A DNA stretch of 64,000 nucleotides, from positions 17,794,001 through 17,858,000 of the forward strand of contig JBITNC010000002.1 of NCBI GenBank assembly GCA_050084985.1, given 5' to 3'. Position 1 is the stretch's first letter, and each line of letters opens with the position of its first letter. The notes beneath the pieces are model-generated. The model saw only the letters and a list, made by a program, of their open reading frames with translations, was not told the origin of the DNA and did not search any database. Source of the stretch: Nageia nagi (Eukaryota; Plantae; Pinophyta). Position numbers and translations under genes: made by a program. Below, piece after piece: positions 1-11,080 of the stretch.

Positions 1-797
1 CCCGAATTCCAATTTGTTTCTCTAGATGTTTAGTTTTCTCTCTAGAGACCTAAATCTATAATCCAAAGCAGGCTATATGTTGATCTCAAGAGGAAGTCAA
101 GAACCCTCTTTAGAGATTTTGGGTGATATGCATTTTACTTTGCTTAAGATTATTTTGGTTTAATTAAGATTTGTTTGTTTTTGAAGGCTTGATCAAGGCT
201 CCAATGTTATATCTTAAGCCTTGATACATCTTTTTAGTTGCTCTACTTTATGAACTTATTGAAAATTTGATTCTCTTTTGTAAAAGATTCAAGGACCCTT
301 TAAAATTTTACCTATATATAATGACAACAACAACAATAATAATATAATGATTATTGATATTAAATTAGTATTGAACAATTATTTTTTAAGTTGTTCCATA
401 GTGATAGATGAGGAGGTGTAGAGAGTTCATTTATCACTTGTGTGTCCATTTAACATTAATCCAATAGTTGAAATTGATCCATGACTAAAGCATCTTTATA
501 AATGTATGGTTGAAATTAATCCTCAACTCTTTTTTTCATATTTAATTGTTCTTATGTGATGCTTACTACTTTTTTTATAAATAATATATTTTTTGATATT
601 TATTACATCTATATTTATTATTATTATTATACATTTATTGAATAAAACTTATGTAGTGTATAAAAAGCATTCATTGAGTTTTAATTAAAATCAATTTATA
701 ATTATAACCATATTCATAATTCAATTTATGAACATTACTAACTCAAATATTTTAAATATTTATAAGATAAGAAAGATACCTAAGATTGATACTTCTC

Positions 798-826
798 TAT
801 ATATATATATGTGTGTGTGTGTGTGT
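798..826. repeat. Compound microsatellite (TA)n(TG)n
   Basis: tatatatatatat followed by gtgtgtgtgtgtgtgt. Confidence 0.9.
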
Positions 827-896
827 ATTATTTTAAATTTTATCATTACTAAAAATACATATACTTTTAAACAATTAATTATAAATTAAATTATAT

Positions 897-1055
897 CCCC
901 TTGGGGATACTGCACCAGTTGGGTGCATGTCTCATTGTTGGGAGGTCCCAGGTTCAAATCACCCTTTTTGTTGTAGTACTTGCATGTGTGACTGATTCAA
1001 ATGTAAAACTGGTTATGATTCTGTTCAAAAATCCATCCTCCAACTTAATAAAAAA
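897..1055 (+). mobile_element. tRNA-derived SINE
   Basis: A-box-like TGCACCAGTTGG, B-box GGTTCAAATC, AATAAAAAAAA tail; ~20-bp flanking duplication aattataaattaaattatat (877-896) / aattacaaattatattatat (1056-1075). Confidence 0.7.
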
Positions 1056-3520
1056 AATTACAAATTATATTATATTTAACTTAAAACTTGAAACATATAA
1101 AAATTAATATTAGGACCAAACCACTACATGGTCTTCGTTTGTAATGAAATGTTTTGTATTTTATTTTTCTATAAGATTATCCATTGGTTTGTAGGACCTA
1201 TCAAAGTTTATCTATAAGTAAATATATATCAATTAAGTATTTGAATGATTGTTTCTCATATAAATAAAAACATAGAACAATGCAAAGATATTTAAGAAAA
1301 ACAAGATTACTTTGAAGGATAATTGACCACAATCATTCACACCCATCCAATGAAAATAAATCATTAAAATAAAATTCTAGAACCAGATCAAGCATAATAT
1401 GATGATTTTTAAAACCTCCAAACAATAACTTATCACCTCTTGCCAAGGAAGTTGGGAAACAAGTGAGGTGTGAAGGCACCCACATTGAATGTCTCATGTT
1501 CTACTCCCACCCCTACATTGGTGATATTTAAAACTCTTGATAGGTCCTACAAACCAATAGATAAAAAATAATTGCAAAACAAGAGGCAAAGGGTATTCAT
1601 CGTTGGTTTAATAACAAGAAATCTGTACCGAAACCAACAATAGAGAATCCTATAGAAAAGAATCTATTGCCAACTCGACAATAAGGAATCCACACTCACC
1701 TAGGTATGTATACCCATCATAGACAATTAGTTTTGGGTTTATGACAAACACAACATCTGAACTCTTTCTCCTTATGAAGCTTCAACCTTAACCTTGTATC
1801 AGTAACAAGGCATCCAATTGAAAATAGGGGAGAAGCTGACACCCATCCACCAAGGCTTGTTCTTGATGTTTTTAAGCACATCTAGACCATAGTTAGATCG
1901 ACGATTAGCATAGTGCATTTAGATGAGTCCAGAAGGATGGTTTGTAAAGGAAAGGTAAAATTGAAGGATATTGAGAGCAATGGAGATCTCTAAGAGCAAA
2001 GAGGATGTTATGCATGGCAATGGAAGTTCTTTGCCATATCTAAAACCCGATGAAGGAGGTAGACATAATTAAGGTGGTGCTGGACCTCAAAGGTCTTTGA
2101 CAACAACACACTATCAAACTATTGAAACAAGACAAAGCAATGGTAGAAGTTCTAACTTCAAAATTAAAGATGCAAGCCATGGTGGGGAAATCCTTGGAAA
2201 GAACACAAATGATCCTTGCTAAAATGCAAAGGTGAATTGATGAGCTCAAACGCTGGCTAGAGGAGATGTAAACCTATGTTTTGTTTTGTTGTCTAATGTT
2301 TAGTCAAATTATTTCTAGATGCATTTAGAACAACTTCTAGTTTATCGTTGTTTAATGTTTAATCGATTTACTGTAACTGTTGTCAAATTATTTATTTGTA
2401 GATTATCAAGGTTTGATATTCTATACTCTTTTGTAATATCCCCAAAAATACTCAACACAAAAATTAGCTAAATAAAATGCTTCAAATATCAAAACTAGCC
2501 CTCAAGCATGCCACATCTGATCTAGGACATCAAATACATGAAATATCAATCAAGGAATGCTAACATCGTCATACACCAAGGCTAATATGTTATGCCAAAG
2601 ACATCCAGATATGCCAACATTGCATTACACAAGTACACACATACAAAATAGCTCAATGTGGGGACTATAGAAGCATGAACATCACACAATGAGACTATTA
2701 TTGAGATCCAAAGTTGCCCACGACTGTATTAATAATGAAAGTAATGAATGATACAATACCAGGCCTAAAGGGCTCAAGTTGGCCTCCAAGGAGCCAACTA
2801 GGGCACATCCAATGTTGAGATAGATGTTGAAACTAGGGTAGAACAACCACCTCCTACCAGCATTGTGTATGCCTCACCAAAGGGTTCCCCACAAACTAGC
2901 TCCCGATGAAGAAATTGGGTGTGGTTTCGGAATGCCACCGAATGGATTCAAAGATGAAGACCGCTTGTGGATGCCTCATGGTAGGGCAACCTCACTTGCA
3001 TGAACAACACCTCAACCATGTAAGACAAAAGTTATCCTAAGCCTCTTGCACTCTCCTTGTGCTCCACACCTAAGGGTACTTGACACCACTAAGTGTTTGG
3101 TAGCTTCGAGAGAAAGGTTTTAATATCAAATTAGTCTATCTCATATATGAGGCTCCTTAGCCTTATATAGCTTACCACTGAATTTGGATCTCACCTAGGA
3201 GACATCCCCAACCTCTCCAATCTCAACGTTGGCCTTTTGAAGGTCCAAGATCTCCAATGTGGGTGCCTAGCGATCAAGCATACCCAATGTAGGTACCTAG
3301 GGGTCATAAATGCTCAAAGTGAGGTCCTAATATGCCATGCATGCCAACGTGAGGTCCTAGGGTGCCGCACATGCCACGTGGGAGTCTAAGGTGCCATGTG
3401 GGTCTAGGAGTCATGCATGGGTGCAAGGGGATCATCATGGGCCAACATGGGTATCTAGGAGTCTCCCCACAGCTAGCGCATGTGTACAAATGCTCCCAAA
3501 TATACAAGCCTTGGGATTCC

Positions 3521-3717
3521 CATAATCATCTTTGGGATCTCCAAGTACATTAAATGATAGATAAAATAACATTTCCTAGCTTGGGAGGAAAACGTCTCTC
3601 ATGGGGCTCATAAGTCGGTCCATAATCATCTTTGGGATCTCCAAGTACATTAAATGATAGATAAAATAACATTTCCTAGCTTGGGAGGAAAATGTCTCTC
3701 ATGGGGCTCATAAGTCG
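3521..3717. repeat. 100-bp tandem duplication inside the LTR
   Basis: 3521-3617 is repeated at 3621-3717 with one substitution. Confidence 0.9.
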
Positions 3718-4254
3718 ATTTGATGGACCTTTATATTTCTATCCCAAGGAATTAACAATAAATTTGTGAGAAAGTAAATATTTACAAAAAGGGAATCCTT
3801 AGGATTCCAAAATTAATTATTTTTTGCAAAAAAGAAATCTTACAAAGCCTCCCCTCTAGAATTGCTTGCCCTTAAGCAATTGTCAAATGTCACAAAACAT
3901 TATCAACTGCAACTTGCTCAAGTGGAATGCAACTTCAATAAGTATCCTCCATAACTCAATCCATAAAGACCCTGTATCAAACGTTGGAGTTCCCCTTTTG
4001 TGCCTTAGCATTTCATGCAAAAATTCTAATATGTTGATGAAATTTACTTTGTTTTTGGCAATCCACATTAAGTACAAAAATGCCTGGAAATATTTTGGTG
4101 CAACAATCCTTAAAAGACACAAGATTGCATGCAAATTTTTTGATATATTCGTCCATGCTAAGCACCAAATTGCAATAGTGATCATTTGGAAGAATCTTGA
4201 AAAATATACCTACAAAAACATAAATAAGAGAAAGTGTGAGTGAAAAAAGGTGTA

Positions 4255-4630
4255 GCCTTTGTTGCACGGTAGATGCCAAGACTTCCCCAAGCTCAATGTT
4301 GGGTGCCAAACTCCTCTTATATCCAACGTAGGATACCAATTCTTCCTTTTTTCCAATGTCAAGTGCCCAAACTCCTTAATGCTCAACGTGGGATGCCAAG
4401 CCTCTCCTTTATCCAACGTTGGGTGCCAGACTCCCTCTAGGCCCAACGTGAGGTGCCAAGATCCCTCCATGTCCAACATGGGATGCCAAGTCTCCTTGTC
4501 CAACGTTGGGTGCCCAAGTCTCTCCAAGTTCAAGGTGGCACGTAAAATCTCCTTATTGCTTAATGCTTGGTGCCAAGGTACCTCCAAGTCCAACGTGGGG
4601 TGCCATATTGCCTACTCGTCCAACGTTGGC
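4255..4630. repeat. ~30-bp minisatellite (core CCAACGTTGGGTGCCAA), about 12 units
   Basis: Periodic caacgt/ggtgccaa units that yield 10-aa periodic ORFs on both strands. Confidence 0.85.
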
Positions 4631-4715
4631 TCATCTTTCTTCTTTTTCTCCTCATGGTGTGGCCAAATCACCTCCAATTTCTTATTGGTGACTTGTGGGC
4701 ATTCATCCTTGATTC

Positions 4716-7351
4716 TGTTAGGTCCCTATACATTATTATTGTTAGGTCGGCTATGGTTATTATTATTTCCTTACATTATTATTGTTATGTCGGCTAGTGT
4801 CCTTTCATTGTAGTGGCACCCCTTGGACTCCTATATATACTAAGGAGGTATTATCATTTGAAGAGGTCTATTGTTGTGTAATTGATGTGATGTAAAGGAG
4901 GTTGCCCCTCGAAGTGGCTTATTACAAAGGAGGTTGCCCCCTCGAAGTGGCTTATTACAGATTTTATCTCTTATTCAATGCTTTGAGCTCTCTCTTTGGT
5001 GATTTTATGCTATTTTGGGAACTTTGTTCATAACATTTGGTACCAGAGCAGACGATTCTAGGGTTTCACAGCTCAAAACTAGTCATCATGGCATTTTCGC
5101 TACCAATTTTTTTTCGGGAGGATTCAGATTTTGAAATTTATTGGGTTTTTTGAAGACATAACGAAGAAGTTTGGATTAAAATTTCAGCTCCTAAATTCGC
5201 TATATTTTTTAATTTACACTCAGGGGAAGTTAAGGTTTGTGACTAGTCGCAAAAGCAGGTCTGAAACAGGTGTTCTAGCTAAAAAGGGTATATCTGAAGT
5301 TTTACAGCTCCAAAATAGGTGAGACCTATTGGATTGGTTAGGTTATATACTAAAGTTTATCTGTTACAATTTTCAAGGTCTGAGAATAAACAGGTGACAC
5401 AAGGCACTTCATACAAGTTCGCTCTTCAAAAAAATCCAAAAATCAGCACATTTTGGGAAAATTGCAGTCATTTCCTCTTGGACTATCAGAATTTGACGAA
5501 ATCTGTGGCATTGAAAAGAAGACATCTGAGGCTACCATAGGTATAAATTTCAGACTCTAAAGGGCCGAAATTTCATATTTACATCAGTTGGAAGGTTGGA
5601 CAATAGAACAGTCTCCAAATCACGATTTAAAAAGGTACAATTTATTTATTTATTTCTTTAAATTTGCATATATTTTGATTGGAAGGTCTATTTGGGGTGA
5701 TTCATAAGCTATTGGAAAGAAAAGAAAGAGTAGATTCTTTTAGGTATAGATGTGTTCTGGCATCTTTAAACATAGGAGCTATCGTTACTTTGCCAGCACT
5801 GCATCCCGAGGAATTGTGGTCTCCTACAACGTACTCGCAGTATATCGCTTAGGCCACTGTTGGATTCTCTCACGTACCTTTGAGTATATAGAGAGGCCAT
5901 CATGCTCATGCACGTACATGGTATATAGAGAGGTCCTTTAGGATTCCCTCACGTACCGTGAGTATATTAGCAAGGGCCCTTTTCGAACGGTTGTGCATTA
6001 GACAGCACTAGCACAGAATTGAGCTCCCACGTACCTGGCGTATATAGGGAGACCCCCTAGAATACTTAGTCAAAATGCCACCGAAAAAAATTGCTACACC
6101 AACTAGACCTCTAGAGGGTTCATCCATGACTACAGCAAAAAGAGAAGACATATTCTTTCGAATATCCCAAGTGGAAGAATTGGTTAAAGAGTGTGTAAAA
6201 AAGGGTGATATGGAGGAATTAAAAAGGGATTTGACAAAAGAGTTGGCAACTAAAATGGATCAATATATGGAAAAGATTTTTCAACTCATACAAAACCCAG
6301 AGGTAAAGATTCCTAAAGATGTTGATATGGCCCAGGGTTATCAGGTAAATAATGATATTATTCAAGGAGATAAACCCTTCATTAATAAGCCTAATTCAGG
6401 AGGATATGCTTCTACTGATGGAAGTAATCAAGCATGGTTCTCAAGGGGAATCCAAATCCCCAAGATCGACATGAGGAAGTTTGATGGAAGGGACCCCATC
6501 ACTTGGATATTTCAAATGGAGCACTTTTTTGATCTACACCAAGTACCAACATCACAAAAAGTAACTATTGCATCCTTGTATCTAGAGCCTGAGCAGGTTG
6601 TATGGTACCAATGGCTTTGTGAACGTAAAAAGGGTTCTATTATATCTTGGTCCATTTTTACAGAGGAACTGATAGCCTACCATGAGGATGTTAAGAATAA
6701 TTCCTTCTTTACTCAATTGATAAATCTAAGGCAAGAAGGTTCAGTGATGGAGCACATTCAACAATTTCAAAAGTTGAGTCTTAGAGTGAAGGATATACCA
6801 GATGATAGATTTTTGGATCTCTTTATGGGAATCTTAAAGGATAAAATTCAACATGAGGTGCATCTATTTGAACCAACATCCTTAGAGATGGCTTTTAGGA
6901 TGGCAAGGAAGGTTGAAAGTAAAAATATGGCAATGGCTGAATATTCCACATGGGAAGATGAGAAATTTCTACAGAAGCATCCAGAACTACTAAAATGTTG
7001 AGGACAACATTTTTTTGAAGGAGAGGGGCATGTTAGGTCCCTATACATTATTATTGTTAGGTCGGCTATGGTTATTATTATTTCCTTACATTATTATTGT
7101 TATGTCGGCTAGTGTCCTTTCATTGTAGTGGCACCCCTTGGACTCCTATATATACTAAGGAGGTATTATCATTTGAAGAGGTCTATTGTTGTGTAATTGA
7201 TGTGATGTAAAGGAGGTTGCCCCCTCGAAGTGGCTTATTACAAAGGAGGTTGCCCCCTCGAAGTGGCTTATTACAGATTTTATCTCTTATTCAATGCTTT
7301 GAGCTCTCTCTTTGGTGATTTTATGCTATTTTGGGAACTTTGTTCATAACA
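4716..7351 (+). mobile_element. Young non-autonomous gag-only LTR retrotransposon (TR-GAG-like, chromovirus-derived)
   Basis: LTRs 4716-5035 and 7031-7351 (TG..CA) differ by one C in a C-run; perfect TSD GATTC; PBS TGGTACCAGAGC 5038-5049; PPT GAAGGAGAGGGGCA. Confidence 0.95.
6075..7001 (+). CDS. Retrotransposon Gag fused to a chromodomain C-terminal stub
   Basis: Intact 308 aa; PKIDMRKFDGRDPITWIFQMEHFF, LRQEGSVMEHIQQF (Ty3 gag); terminal STWEDEKFLQKHP resembles a chromodomain end. Confidence 0.85.
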   Translation: MPPKKIATPTRPLEGSSMTTAKREDIFFRISQVEELVKECVKKGDMEELKRDLTKELATKMDQYMEKIFQLIQNPEVKIPKDVDMAQGYQVNNDIIQGDKPFINKPNSGGYASTDGSNQAWFSRGIQIPKIDMRKFDGRDPITWIFQMEHFFDLHQVPTSQKVTIASLYLEPEQVVWYQWLCERKKGSIISWSIFTEELIAYHEDVKNNSFFTQLINLRQEGSVMEHIQQFQKLSLRVKDIPDDRFLDLFMGILKDKIQHEVHLFEPTSLEMAFRMARKVESKNMAMAEYSTWEDEKFLQKHPELLKC

Positions 7352-9948
7352 GATTCCCTACAAGGTGCAAGTCTTGCCATCAATGTCAAAACTCAATTAA
7401 ATTCCTATAATTAGTGCAAATGTCACCCAATTCAAATAACCATTGCATACCCAGGATGACGTGAGGATGTTCCTTGAGTGGATACACAAAAGTTTTACCT
7501 CACTGTGTAGCTTTGTAACCTCACCCCAAATCTCTCCACGATTTGGTCTACTAATGTGAGTTTCCCATTGGCATTGGAAACCTTGAATCCTTGGAATCCC
7601 TTCATCCTAAGATCGTTCTTCTCCACATAATCTCCATCAATAAAATTGTGAGTAGCACCTAGGTCTATTAAGACCATCACATCTTGCCCACCTGCTTGCC
7701 CAATTACTTTCAAAGTGAGGTATTTCTTGGCTCCATTAAGTGAAACAATCATGCTCCAAAGAGATGCCTCTACCTTGGGTGCCTCATTCTGATCCAACAT
7801 GTCCATGCCAAGCTCCAAATTTGAATCATCCTCCTCATCGTCTGAAAGTACTTCAATGTAGTGCACTTGTCCTTTGCCTTAGCAATGATGTTGTGGTTCC
7901 CATGGCTTCTTGCAATATAAGCATTTGCCTTCTTCTCTCAACTTCTTTCTAATGGCTATTTCTATCTGGCTTGTTTGAGGAGGAGGGAAGGGTTTGAACT
8001 TGTTAGACCCTTCTTTTTCTACAACCGATTTTTGGATAGCTTATTCCTTGTATGTTTGTCTCCCCTTAAGGGAAATCGTAGTCAGCTCCACTGATTGCAT
8101 CATTAAGGGCTTTTGGCACATATACCTTCACATCTCTTGCAAAGGTTCCATCAACCCTTCTACAAAGAGGAATGTCAATCTCTCTTCTTGAATGTTGTGG
8201 ATCATGATTGCAATTTTCTAAAAATTTAAAACATAGTCATCCACTATACCTTGTTGCCTCAAGAATGTAAGCTCTCTGAAATAACTGTTCTCCCTCTTCC
8301 TATTGAATCGTTTCACTAACCTTTGAGCAAATTCATCGAAGGAGAAGATGCAAGAGTAATCTTGGCTGATTACCCTATACTACCACCATTTGAGAGCATC
8401 TCCCTCAAAATGTAAGGATGAAAAATGGATTGCATCTTCTTCCACCATGTTCAGACTTAGGGTAAAATATGTTTGCAGCTAATGGAGCCAAGCCCTGGTC
8501 GTCATCTTTTTGCCATTGTACATTGGTACTTTCATTTTGTTTTTTTTTGTTGCAATTCCGTCTTGTCCCCCCACGAATTGCTTTGGGAGTCGGTGTTATG
8601 AGAACTACCTCCCTTCAACCCCAAAACCTCCAAATAGCCATTGAAATTCATATCCCTCCTTAATCCTAAATCTAGCATAGAATACTCTCTAAAAATCTAA
8701 TTTAACTCAAGAGGACTTGGGAGCCAATTTTTTACCTCATTTGTGGATTTCTTGGTGAACATGGGCTTGGACGGTTTGGGAATGATGGGCTGCTCCCTTA
8801 TCTTCCAAATGTCTTCTTACAGGAACCTCCTTAGGAGAGACTTAGTTCCTTACAGTGCCCTATGAGAATGGGATCTCACAAATGCATGCTCTTGGTGACT
8901 CATGGATCTGTGATGAATGGAGGGCTCACATGTATTCTCGGAGCTTCTTGATTTCGGAACCAATTATTTATGGTAGTCATTTGATTTTGTATTACACCCA
9001 TCATACTCTTTATGGCTGTAAAAAGTTCATTGAACTTTCTTTCTGGCATAGCTTATCTAGTTGGAGTAGAGCTTCTTCTTCTCTTGACCGATAGGGATTT
9101 TCCTCTTCTCGTTGAATTATCTTTGCCAAAAGCATCGTTGTCTGGTACATTATCTATCTAGGATCTGCAATCCTCATCCTAACTGGTTCTGGCTAGGTTT
9201 TCTTATGTTAGCATCCCCTTTCCACCCTTCTTGGCTGAAGACATCTCTCTTCTAGTGTTGGATCTAGTATAGTAGTTGTCAACTGCAGCTCTCATTTACA
9301 GGCTGGCCAGATCCAAGCTCTAATACTACTGTAATATCCCCAAAAATACTCAACATAGAAATTAGCGAAATAAAATTGTTAAATATCAAAACTAACCCTC
9401 AAGCATGCCACATGATCTAGGGCATCAAATACATGAAATATCAATCCAAGAATGCCAATGTAATACACCAAGGCTAATATGCTATGCCAAATACATCCAA
9501 ATATGCCAACATTGCATTACACAAGTACAAACATACAAAATAGCTCAATGTGGGGAATATAGAAGCATGAACATCACATAATGAGACTATTATTGAGATC
9601 CAAAGGTGCCCACGATTATATTAATAATGAAAGCAGTGAATGATACAATACCAACCTCAAAGGGCTCAACGTTAGCCTCCAAGGAGCCAATTAGGGCAAA
9701 TGCAATGCTAAGATAGGTGTTGAAATCGGGGTAGAATAACCACCTCCTACCAATGATGTGAATGCCTCACCAAAGTGCTCCCTCACAAACTAGCTTCCAA
9801 CGAAGAGATTGGATGTGATTCCATAATGCTCGCATAAACAACACCTCAAGTGTGTAAGATAGAAGGTGTCCTAAGCCTCTTACGCTCTCCTTGTGCTCCA
9901 CACCCAAGGGTATTTGACACTGCCAAGTATTTGGTACCTCTGAATAGA

Positions 9949-11080
9949 AATTGATGATTGTATTCAATTGATGATTGTATTCAATTTACAAAAGAAATTG
10001 AACATGATAGTAAGATACCTTTCCTAGATGTACTAGTGTATAAAAAGATAATGGGGATTTAGGACATGAGGTATATAGAAAAAAGACACATACGAACATA
10101 TACTTACATGCCTCATCTCATCATCATTATGCTCAAAAGATGAGGGTTCTTAATACTCTTATAACTAGAGCTCTTGAAATTTCAAATAATGACCATATAC
10201 ATAAGGAGAAAATGCATATAACTAAAGCACTAATGAGTAATGGTTATTCTACTAAAAAGATTAGAGATGCATGGAATAAGATAGAAAGAGGAAAAATAAT
10301 GAGAGACTAGACCATAATAATACTAATTCATACATAGGGGTAGTCTACCTTCCCTATATCAAGGGTTTAAGTGATAATTTAGCTAAAGTATTAATGAGAG
10401 CACATATCAAGTCAATTTTTCTTCCTCTCAATAAATTAGAGAACATGTTCATATCTATGAAGGACCACTTAGAGCCCTTACAATATAAAGGTGTATATAA
10501 GATAAGTGTGTGAGTGTGGAACTTGTTACATTGGTGAAACAAGAAGGTCAATATGTGAAAGAGTTAAAGAACATTGTGCAGATTTACAATATAATAGAAT
10601 AATCAAATTTGCCCTTGTTGAACATGTAGGTAAGACTAAACATCATATACTCATGAATAAGATTGAAGTCTTGGCTAGATGTGATAAATTCCAAGAATGA
10701 AGAATTAGAGAAGCTATTGAAATTAAACTTAACCCTAATAATATTAATAGAGACCAAGGTATTGAGATTAGTAGGGCATGGTTACTTATTATTGACGTAA
10801 TTTACAAACATAGAAGGAAAAATAATATGATACTAAAATAGCCATAACTTTTGCATTTTAACTCGGTTTTTCTTGTTCTTTACAATGTTGGAAAGATATT
10901 TTTATGTAGAATTTAACTATATTTATCTTTTTGGTATTTTTTTAATGATAGAGGGACGACATTGATCTTAGAAAATTAGGTATTACTTATCTCTACTTAA
11001 AGAAGAAGGTTACACTTTATTTTCTTCATTTTGTTATTTTGAAGATGGATCCCACATATTGAACTCGATACGTCAATAAG
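9949..11080 (+). mobile_element. 5'-truncated Penelope-like element (RT C-terminus + GIY-YIG endonuclease), Dryad-like
   Basis: IQFTKEIEHDSKIPFLDVLV, VYRKKTHTNIYLHASSHH, GVYKIS/CECGTCYIGETRRS..ERVKEH, REAIEIK..NNINRDQG; carries frameshifts and stops. Confidence 0.9.
11034..11079 (+). ncRNA. Decayed minimal type I hammerhead ribozyme of the Penelope-like element
   Basis: TTATT-[T]TGAAGA-TGGATC-loop-GAACTC-GA[T]A-CG-TC-AATAA; stem I TTATT/AATAA; two core substitutions versus CTGANGA and GAAA. Confidence 0.65.

Larger units (their letters stand above)
2432..9945 (-). mobile_element. Degenerate Ty3/Gypsy LTR element lacking RT/IN (gag + protease only)
   Basis: 3' LTR 3844-2432 (TGTAA..TTACA) preceded by PPT AGAGGGGAGGCTT; truncated 5' LTR ~9945-9330 homologous to 2432-3110; decayed PBS TAGTATTAGAGC; gag remnants ~8530-8100; protease VLIDLGATHNFI (7866-7495). 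Confidence 0.85.

Noticed and set aside
905-965. tRNA gene
   Set aside because: A and B boxes are present but no acceptor stem or cloverleaf; tail and TSD indicate a SINE
1560-2350. Coding-like decayed segment
   Set aside because: Probably a TE remnant, but no diagnostic motif or termini found
4210-4813. Overlapping 184-aa and 127-aa ORFs with 10-aa periodicity
   Set aside because: By-product of a 30-bp minisatellite; the plus ORF runs across the TSD into the nested LTR
4716-5035. Retrozyme (hammerhead in LTR) or Cassandra (5S in LTR)
   Set aside because: No CTGANGA/GAAA core or 5S A/C boxes seen, and the element encodes Gag
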